Part shown: piece by piece, positions 57,471-64,000 of the stretch
Position numbering within the stretch: the first letter of the stretch is position 1
Layout: each line of letters opens with the position of its first letter
From: Runella sp.
Lineage (GTDB): Bacteria > Bacteroidota > Bacteroidia > Cytophagales > Spirosomataceae
Reading direction: 5' to 3'
Assembly: GCF_965279615.1 (NCBI RefSeq)
Contig: NZ_OZ257252.1
Location: forward strand, 7,956,641 to 8,020,640
Length of the DNA stretch: 64,000 nt
Translations under genes and position numbers: made by a program
Notes under the pieces: generated by a model
The model's database searches: none
The model's input: the letters and a program-made list of their open reading frames with translations, nothing else
What the model was told of the DNA's origin: nothing

Positions 57471-58370
57471 TTAGTTAGGCTTGTTTGTAAAATAGTCCCA
57501 CGCTGCTCTTGATATATCTGCAATTATCTTTTCGTTGGTCGCCGCATTTTCTTTTGAGGCTGTCACAAAAACACTGATAAAGAAGTGTTGCCCGTTGGGT
57601 AAGAAGACAATCCCGATATCGTTCACTGCGGCCGTTAATCCTTCTTTATTAACTCCGGAAGAACCTGTTTTATGCGCTACAACGGTATTTTTAGGCAATT
57701 GCCCTTTTAATCGGTCTTTGCCTGTTTCCGTTTTTTTCATTACGTCCCAAATAAAGCTATGGCTTTTTGTGGATAATAACTTTTTTCTGTTGTAATAAAA
57801 AGACGTTAATACTTCGTTAGCTGCTTTGGGCGTTGTCCAATTTTGAAATTGCAGCTCCCAATTAGCCTGCATCACTTCTTCATTGATTTTTATGGATATA
57901 TTTTTAAAGTTATTCTTTCTGAAATAATCTTCCACCGCTTGGGGGCCGCCAATAAGTTTTAATAATTTCTCACACCCAACATTATCACTTTCAGCAACCG
58001 TAGGAGTTAAAATCTCAGCCATTGTCAGCGTGGTTCCCTGAGGGTATTTTTCTCTGATCGGGCTGTAAAGATCGGGTAGGAGGTCTTGCTTCTCAATTTT
58101 TATTTTTTGATCAAACGAAAATTTCCCTTTGTCAATTTGGGATAATATCGCCAACGCAATATGCAATTTAAAGACACTTTGCATTGGAAAATGTCCATTC
58201 CCATTGATGGACAGCGTATCCTTACCGTTATTCCCCATAATGGCAACGCCGACAACCGCATGTTTTGTCGAAACGATTTGCTGTATTTTTTGCCGTAATG
58301 CCGCTGTTGATTGGCAAAATGTCTTGCAGGTAATACATAGAAATAACGCTAAGTGAGATGGTTTGGTCAT
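57471..58370 (-). CDS. Class A beta-lactamase, subclass A2 (PER/VEB/TLA/CME-like)
   Basis: SVFK (SxxK), SDN, NEE omega-loop Glu, KTG triad; signal peptide. Confidence 0.92.
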   Translation of the reverse strand: MTKPSHLALFLCITCKTFCQSTAALRQKIQQIVSTKHAVVGVAIMGNNGKDTLSINGNGHFPMQSVFKLHIALAILSQIDKGKFSFDQKIKIEKQDLLPDLYSPIREKYPQGTTLTMAEILTPTVAESDNVGCEKLLKLIGGPQAVEDYFRKNNFKNISIKINEEVMQANWELQFQNWTTPKAANEVLTSFYYNRKKLLSTKSHSFIWDVMKKTETGKDRLKGQLPKNTVVAHKTGSSGVNKEGLTAAVNDIGIVFLPNGQHFFISVFVTASKENAATNEKIIADISRAAWDYFTNKPN

Positions 58371-58441
58371 ATTTTGTTTTGTCTGTTGATGAATGCTGAA
58401 GCGAGTTCGTGAGTTTTTCGACGGTTATGCGTTTTTGGGCA

Positions 58442-59269
58442 TTAGTCCCTTGATTGATTGTGCAGTATTTCCTTTTCTTTTTTTGAAAGGCTATCTATTC
58501 CTTTTGAATTGATCTTGTCCAAAATCTTATCTAATTTTTTTTGATTTTCATATTTTTGATCGTGATAACGGTCGTCAATGTTTCGATAATTCTTTACATT
58601 AAATGAAAATCCCTGAATATAGATCCAATCGGGCCTTTTCAAGATCAAAATAATAAAAATAATTGCAGGCAAAGCAATAGCTCCCAATGCCCAGTAGTTG
58701 GTTTGCAAAACAGAAGGATACAATCCAACAGTAGTCAAAAGCCCAACCAAGGTGCCTGCTAAGTGAGCATCGTGGCCAATATTGTCATTCAACGACTTAA
58801 TGCCATAGATGCAATAAAGAACATATACAATACCATATATCCAGGCGGGAAATGAAAATGGGAAGAAAAGAGGGGTAATATTGATGTATGGAAAAAGACC
58901 GATACTCGCAAAAATAACCCCGCAAACTGCCCCGGATGCTCCTACGGCCACATATGTCGAATCGTGTCGATGAATATAGAGTGCCAAAAGATTGCCTCCG
59001 ATAAGACTTGCGAAATAGATGGCAAGAAACTTTGCGCTGCCCATGATAATTTCAACAGTACCGGTGAAGGCATAAAGCGAATACATATTGAAAATATAAT
59101 GCCGCCAGTCTACGTGTAAAAAACCAGATGTAATGAGGCGGCGGTATTCTTTAAATACCGTCACTCGTTCAATTTCAAAACTGTATTTGTGGAAGAAGGG
59201 ATAATCTTTGAAGCCTTTGTACGATGTAAGGCCGGTAAATAAAATAATAATAAGGCTGACGGGAGACAT
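58442..59269 (-). CDS. Rhomboid family intramembrane serine protease with C-terminal helical (DUF6576-like) tail
   Basis: RRLITSGFLH, VGASGA, HDAHLAG; LDKILDKI...G..SLSK.EK. Confidence 0.9.
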   Translation of the reverse strand: MSPVSLIIILFTGLTSYKGFKDYPFFHKYSFEIERVTVFKEYRRLITSGFLHVDWRHYIFNMYSLYAFTGTVEIIMGSAKFLAIYFASLIGGNLLALYIHRHDSTYVAVGASGAVCGVIFASIGLFPYINITPLFFPFSFPAWIYGIVYVLYCIYGIKSLNDNIGHDAHLAGTLVGLLTTVGLYPSVLQTNYWALGAIALPAIIFIILILKRPDWIYIQGFSFNVKNYRNIDDRYHDQKYENQKKLDKILDKINSKGIDSLSKKEKEILHNQSRD

Positions 59270-59364
59270 TAAGGTGATAAATTTGGCCGGTAATTTATGG
59301 TTTACTTTGGTAAAGGCTGCGTAAATTTACTATAAATCATTCATTTCAAAAACGGGAAAATGCG

Positions 59365-60909
59365 CTAATTTAATTTCAATTTCGCTACCGCAAGATTTGA
59401 ATTTGTACTGTAAAATCCGACGTATACAATATTGTTTTTTAGTACAATGTAACCGAAGTTATCTGTTAGAAGCGACGAATTAGTTTTCAAAAAATTATGG
59501 ACGATCTTATCGCCCTCAAATACAACGATACCATGTTTGCCCCAAGCCATCCAAACCATTTCGTTATTGTCTATGACAAAATTCTGCATTCCTGAGGGCG
59601 GAAAACCGGCAGTATTTTCACTCGAAAATCGTTGGAATACACCATTTTTAAATTTGGTGAGATTACTCCAATCGCTGATCCATACCGTACCGGTAGCGCT
59701 GATATCAATATGACTGCTTATACTACCGGTTGTAACAGGTTTAGTGAACTTCTCAAACGTGCCATCGTACTTATACAAAAATGCAGTGGTATTGAGGTAG
59801 AAAACACCTTTATACTGAGTAAAGTTGAGAATGGTGCCATCGCTGACGGTCAGTACTTTTTGCCATTTGCCTTGTACAAGTTTGTAAAGCGAAGCATTGA
59901 CGGAGCAATAAAGACTATTGTCAAGTACTTTAAGAAAGCCGGCGTTTTCAAAGGCTATATCGCTGTTTTTTGAATTTAAAAGCGTGGTATCTCCAGCCGT
60001 GATGGCAATTAGACCGGCGGTTGAATTAACCCAAACAGTATTGTCCAATTCAACGATGTTCCCCATTTTTTGGGTAGGGATTTTTGAACCGGGTTTGTTG
60101 AATACATACTCTTTTCCATTCTGATACGTACTTAGGTAATAACCGGGACTTGATATTATTCCCCAAAAAGCCCCGTTTGCAGTAACTTCACGAAGGTCGA
60201 GCCGCATAGGAAGGATATTTTCCCACTGATTTGAGAGTTTTGCAATGTCGTCTTTGGTAGGTCTAGCCTTTGAAATGGCGGCTGTATACGTCTGCTTGGT
60301 ACCGTCTTCGGCGGTAATAGTGTACATTATCGGTTTGCTGAAATCCTGTACGGCTCCCGAAGCGGGAGAAATTACTGCGCCCAAAGAAATAGAAATGGTA
60401 GGAGCAAGGGCACTTGGGTTGGTTGAGTAAGGAAGTTCGGCAATGATGTTATGGTTGATAGTGTCAATGGAGGCTATAATCGCGGGAGTTAATGAATTGA
60501 ATACAAAAGTGAGCATTTGCTTTGCGGAACTTTTGGCAACGGTTACCCGTACCTCAAAGCTTTTAGTGCTGCCATCTTCGGCAGTAACGGTGTAGGTTAT
60601 TGGTTTGGAAAAATCCTGTGCCACTCCCGAAGCGGGAGAAATCGTAGCCTTTTCGGAGATAACAATGGACGGGATTAACCTACGGCTATCTGTGCCTATT
60701 GGTAAAGAAGCCGTGATTAACTGTTGATTGTTGTCGATGATTGCACGAATGGCGGGAGTCAATCCCTCAAAGGAAAAGGAAGTGATCGAATTGGCACTGC
60801 TTTTGGTAGGCTCTGCCGGATCTTTGGGACAGGCAAATAAAAATAAGCAAAGAATGATATAAAGGTAAGTGTGGCGTGAAAAAAACGCAGACTGAAAGAA
60901 TTTAGGCAT
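59365..60909 (-). CDS. Lipoprotein with two DUF5018-like Ig repeats and a C-terminal beta-propeller
   Basis: Lipobox LFAC; 2x I.PASG..QDFSKPI.YT.TAEDG; start moved to MPKFFQ. Confidence 0.8.
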   Translation of the reverse strand: MPKFFQSAFFSRHTYLYIILCLFLFACPKDPAEPTKSSANSITSFSFEGLTPAIRAIIDNNQQLITASLPIGTDSRRLIPSIVISEKATISPASGVAQDFSKPITYTVTAEDGSTKSFEVRVTVAKSSAKQMLTFVFNSLTPAIIASIDTINHNIIAELPYSTNPSALAPTISISLGAVISPASGAVQDFSKPIMYTITAEDGTKQTYTAAISKARPTKDDIAKLSNQWENILPMRLDLREVTANGAFWGIISSPGYYLSTYQNGKEYVFNKPGSKIPTQKMGNIVELDNTVWVNSTAGLIAITAGDTTLLNSKNSDIAFENAGFLKVLDNSLYCSVNASLYKLVQGKWQKVLTVSDGTILNFTQYKGVFYLNTTAFLYKYDGTFEKFTKPVTTGSISSHIDISATGTVWISDWSNLTKFKNGVFQRFSSENTAGFPPSGMQNFVIDNNEMVWMAWGKHGIVVFEGDKIVHNFLKTNSSLLTDNFGYIVLKNNIVYVGFYSTNSNLAVAKLKLN

Positions 60910-61049
60910 TGGTAAATTGGCCGAGGTGATGATACCGTTTAGGAAACGACAAAAATAGAAAAATCTGCTAAACTGTAAAAAAACGAATTTGGCAGGCCAT
61001 GTCTCCACGGCCTACGGTTTATCTTGATCGATTTTTAGTTGGAATAGTA

Positions 61050-61112
61050 TGGCAGTCGTCTGTTTTTGGCAATAATTCCATTTTGCAAGTATGCTTGTTG
61101 ACCCGCAGTTTT
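61050..61112 (-). other. Collapsed attC-like remnant
   Basis: Minus strand AAACTGCGGGTCAACAAGCATACTTGCAAAATGG just after a stop codon; shares AACAAG-N6/7-GCA.AATGG with the element at 62.3 kb. Confidence 0.4.
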
Positions 61113-61128
61113 ATTTTATCTATGATCA

Positions 61129-61479
61129 TTATTCAACAAAATGCCAGCAAACACCTGCAATATCAATGATATTCACTTCTTTGCCGTAAGGTTGCTGCGT
61201 TACTTCTCCGATGCGAATGCCGAATTTCTCCGGTAAATTTTTGTCCATAACGTAACTTCTGAATTGCGCTGCATTATCAATGTTTACGGTCAGCATAAAG
61301 TTTTGCGCAAATTCGAGATTGTCAAATCTTTGTAGAATAAATTTGCAACCGTCTCTTTCAAAGCCAACATAGTCTGAATCTTCCCAGCTTATCTTAAACC
61401 CTAACGCTACAAATAACTGCTTCGACTTTTCAAAGTCCTTTCCTGATGGAACAAATGGTTGAAGCGATATAAATTTCAT
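61129..61479 (-). CDS. Glyoxalase/VOC-like protein
   Basis: PFVPSGKDFEKSK.LF..LGF, QPYG.E..I.D..GVCWHF. Confidence 0.8.
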   Translation of the reverse strand: MKFISLQPFVPSGKDFEKSKQLFVALGFKISWEDSDYVGFERDGCKFILQRFDNLEFAQNFMLTVNIDNAAQFRSYVMDKNLPEKFGIRIGEVTQQPYGKEVNIIDIAGVCWHFVE

Positions 61480-61529
61480 AGTTATTTAATTTTATTTATC
61501 AGTCTATTCCTCATGCTATGTTGAAATTG

Positions 61530-62093
61530 TCAGCTGACCTTTAAGGGTGGGCCTACAACCTGCATATCATGATCGGCAAATACTTTTGCTATCTCTTCTT
61601 TTGTTGGAGGGGAAGTCCACTTGTCAGTAACCGCAAAAAAGCCCTCCATTTTGCCGGCAGGGAGATAGGAAACGATCATTTTTCCTTTTTCCGTAAGTTG
61701 AACAAAGGCGTGTTTTACTTTTCTGGGAAGAAAAATTGTGTCGCCGGGTTTCATAGAATAGTTATCCTCTCCAACCTGAAATAAATATTCACCCTCAACA
61801 ACATAAAACCATTCGTCTTGATTTGGATGAACGTGTAAAGGCGGCCCGCCTTTTGGAGTTAAGCCGGTCTGCTCAAAAACAGCCAGATCATTTTCGGTAT
61901 CCTTACCGGATATTTTGATGTCGAGTGTATTTGAAGTAACCCCTTTCATTCTATAGTGAATGCCAAATCTTGCCTCACCGGAAGCGACTTTAAATCCTTT
62001 GTCAGTTCTTGAACTTAACATCGATTTAATTTTAGCAAAAGCTGTTATTGGCATTGCTGCAAGCGTGGTCAGTACAAAGTTTCTGCGTCTCAT
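61530..62093 (-). CDS. Cupin domain protein (quercetinase-like) with Tat-type signal
   Basis: MRRRNF N-terminus; GPPLHVHPNQDEWFYV.EG; P..V.HAF. Confidence 0.85.
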   Translation of the reverse strand: MRRRNFVLTTLAAMPITAFAKIKSMLSSRTDKGFKVASGEARFGIHYRMKGVTSNTLDIKISGKDTENDLAVFEQTGLTPKGGPPLHVHPNQDEWFYVVEGEYLFQVGEDNYSMKPGDTIFLPRKVKHAFVQLTEKGKMIVSYLPAGKMEGFFAVTDKWTSPPTKEEIAKVFADHDMQVVGPPLKVS

Positions 62094-62137
62094 GTCTTTT
62101 TGATTTAGTTGTCAACTGTAATATGAGCATCAAATTA

Positions 62138-62326
62138 AATACGGTTACTATTGGTAAGTCAAATACACAGCGTTTTGTGCAGGTGAAGAATTGACAACTG
62201 TTCGTTCGGCCCCCCGATAGCTATCGGGACTAAATTTATAACTAAAAGCTGAATTTATAAACTACAGCCCGGCAGCATTTTGGCCGTCGGATACAAGGTG
62301 CCATTATGCCGATACCTTGTTAGCGG
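62138..62326 (-). other. Degenerate attC-like element (about 190 bp)
   Basis: Begins CGCTAACAAGGTATCGGCATAATGG with the upstream gene's TAA inside the TAAC box; ends in degenerate TACCAATAGTAACCGT. Confidence 0.5.
62213..62228. repeat. CCCGATAGCTATCGGG perfect palindrome (Bacteroidota-type dispersed repeat)
   Basis: Perfect 16-bp palindrome inside the attC-like element. Confidence 0.65.
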
Positions 62327-62625
62327 GCGGCTTTTTGTCCCGATACTTCCGTTGGTGAATACCCAAATTGCTTTTTGAAAGCAAATGAAAAGTGCGATAG
62401 GTTTTCAAAACCTGTTTCCAAATAAATTTCTACGGGTTTGCTGCTCTTTTCTGCAAGATTATAATGGGCCTATTCCAACCGTTTTTGCGTTAGCCATCTT
62501 TGCGGTGTTGTTTTGAATGTTTTAAAGAAGTCCCGTTTAAAAGTTGTCAGACTGCGACCTGTTAAATAACCGAATTTTTCCAACGACATATTAAACATAA
62601 AGTTTTTTCCATAAAATCCGAATGT
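62320..62625 (-). pseudogene. AraC family regulator remnant (C-terminal HTH only)
   Basis: DFMEK/NFMFNMSLEKFGYLTGRSLTTFKRDF...RLE*AHYNLAEK..KPVEIYLETGFENLSHFSFAFKKQFGYSP...*: in-frame TAG at 62470-62472, one-base loss in an A-run near 62605, no 5' half. Confidence 0.85.
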
Positions 62626-62650
62626 GCTTTGTTTAAAAGGCCGGCTACAT

Positions 62651-63205
62651 TCACACAATGTATCGTGATTTTATGTCATTAGCTACCGGAGTTAAATCGT
62701 TATTCAGTTGATGTCCGCCATTGTTGATTTCGCGAAAAGTTGCTTGAGTAAGTTTTTGTTTGTACCGGTTCAGGTGTGAAAAAGGTGCCTCTTCATCATC
62801 TTTACAGTGATAGAAAAAAAACGGAATTTCGTCGGGCACCTTGTAAGCAAAATCATCTTGAAGTTTTAAACCTGTTTTCCAATCTTCATTTCCTTCCCAA
62901 AATGGGGTAGCTATAAGAAAAACGCCTTTAACCCTTTGGGTTACCGGATTTTCGGAAAGATATTTCAATAACATTGACGCACCTAAAGAATGTCCCACCA
63001 AAATAATATCGCTTTCGAGCGCAGCAACTTTGTTTTCTATTTGTTTGATCCACCCAAAATCAGGTAAAGATTCATCAGAGTTTATTTTAGGATAATCTAT
63101 ATCATATTCTTTCCCTAAGTTTTTTTGTAGCGAATCCACTAATTCTTTATCAGCTTCATAGCCTTCGTCGCCCGCTCCCTGAAAAAATAATATGTGCTTG
63201 GTCAT
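62651..63205 (-). CDS. Alpha/beta hydrolase (YdeN/RBBP9-like)
   Basis: LVGHSLGA, LIATPFW, DDE, GGHQ. Confidence 0.85.
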   Translation of the reverse strand: MTKHILFFQGAGDEGYEADKELVDSLQKNLGKEYDIDYPKINSDESLPDFGWIKQIENKVAALESDIILVGHSLGASMLLKYLSENPVTQRVKGVFLIATPFWEGNEDWKTGLKLQDDFAYKVPDEIPFFFYHCKDDEEAPFSHLNRYKQKLTQATFREINNGGHQLNNDLTPVANDIKSRYIV

Positions 63206-63278
63206 AACCCGATCTTTTTTATCTATACGTAAATTTCGTTACCTTTTCTTGCATTGAAAAGTAAACTGTTAAAGCACA

Positions 63279-63896
63279 TTAGATCAATTGATGCTGAGCT
63301 GCCAGTTTAATAAGGTTAGCCGTATTGGTAACTTCAAATTTCATCAGGAGATTTTTACGGTGCGTGTTTACCGTCGTCACGCTGACAAAAATTTTGTCGG
63401 CAATTTGAGGGTTGGTGAGGCCTTCGGCAATAAGGGTAAGTACTTCTTTTTCGCGCCGCGTCAGAAAGGGCAGAGGCTTGGGTTTATCCGCCGAAGGGGT
63501 TTCGTTCAGGCTTACATTCATATAATAACCGCCTGCCTGTACCTGATGGATGGCGGTAAGGATTTCTTCTTTGGTAGAGTTTTTGATCAAATACCCTACC
63601 GCACCGTTCCGGATCATACGGGAGATATAACTTCGTTGATTGAAAGTGCTCAATGCCAGGCATTTAACATTTGGGTAGCGCTCTTTTATTTTAAGACACA
63701 GATCTATTCCGCTTACATCGGGCAGGTTAATATCCAAAAAGGCAACGTCAACGTCATTGTTTTTTAAAAACTCCATCGCCTCAAAAGCATTGGAAGCGGT
63801 TCCTGCAACGCTGATTCCTTCGCAATCAGCTAATACCGATTTAAGCCCTTCTACGACCAATGGGTGGTCATCAACGATAAATATCCTATGATTCAT
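63279..63896 (-). CDS. NarL/LuxR family response regulator
   Basis: IVDDH, FLDINLP, LTRREKEVL..IAEG.TN..IA..IFVS..TVNTHRKNL. Confidence 0.95.
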   Translation of the reverse strand: MNHRIFIVDDHPLVVEGLKSVLADCEGISVAGTASNAFEAMEFLKNNDVDVAFLDINLPDVSGIDLCLKIKERYPNVKCLALSTFNQRSYISRMIRNGAVGYLIKNSTKEEILTAIHQVQAGGYYMNVSLNETPSADKPKPLPFLTRREKEVLTLIAEGLTNPQIADKIFVSVTTVNTHRKNLLMKFEVTNTANLIKLAAQHQLI

Positions 63897-63915
63897 TTTG
63901 CGCTCCGGTTAGGTT

Positions 63916-64000
63916 CTATACTTCGACTTCGATATGCACCGAAGTGCCCTCGTTGGGTTGGGACTGAATGTCCATTTTTCCGTTAAGATACGCCACGCGG
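63916..64000 (-). CDS. Sensor histidine kinase C-terminal end (partial, begins outside window)
   Basis: Manual translation RVAYLNGKMDIQSQPNEGTSVHIEVEV*: HATPase G3 strand; adjacent to the LuxR regulator. Confidence 0.8.
   Translation of the reverse strand, partial: RVAYLNGKMDIQSQPNEGTSVHIEVEV

Noticed and set aside
60270-60700. DNA-level direct repeats (CTCCCGAAGCGGGAGAAAT, TTTGCTGAAATCCTGT-like) as a CRISPR or mobile repeat
   Set aside because: These are the two coding DUF5018-like domain repeats; no spacers and no cas genes

Overview
Chromosomal window from a Bacteroidota genome. TAnnTTTG promoters, T9SS cargo proteins and porX support this, and the gene style suggests Cytophagales/Spirosomataceae (inference). 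About 60 CDS are present; I found no rRNA, tRNA, CRISPR array, integrase or transposase. From left to right: (1) the start of a cbb3 oxidase locus (ccoN 5' end, ccoS, ccoI), where an identical 19-bp palindrome-containing site sits upstream of both ccoS and ccoI; (2) a TonB-dependent receptor, an acyltransferase-3, porX, a USP, pyrE, an AT-rich class II Fic gene, pgeF, EamA and DJ-1; (3) two tandem T9SS-secreted GH42-like enzymes with cadherin-like Ig repeats, followed by an SGNH esterase and a second acyltransferase-3; (4) M28 peptidase, PDZ-hydrolase and rhodanese; (5) an AT-rich accessory stretch with an orphan TPR histidine kinase; (6) a fasciclin/cytochrome b/molybdoenzyme trio; (7) ogt, an aspartate aminotransferase, AraC, SNF2, a gliding-motility CTD protein, mpg, gpmA, a CpsB-type phosphatase and dtd; (8) a secreted P-domain/lysyl-oxidase-like protein with its copper and LTQ residues intact; (9) kbl-tdh-lrp; (10) a run of about 12 short co-oriented minus-strand genes (55-64 kb). 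That run includes a subclass A2 beta-lactamase, a truncated haemoglobin and an AraC pseudogene, and it is punctuated by degenerate attC-like elements, which suggests a decayed gene-cassette array. At least five families of short REP-like palindromes occur between genes. All product names come from motif recognition by eye, not database searches.
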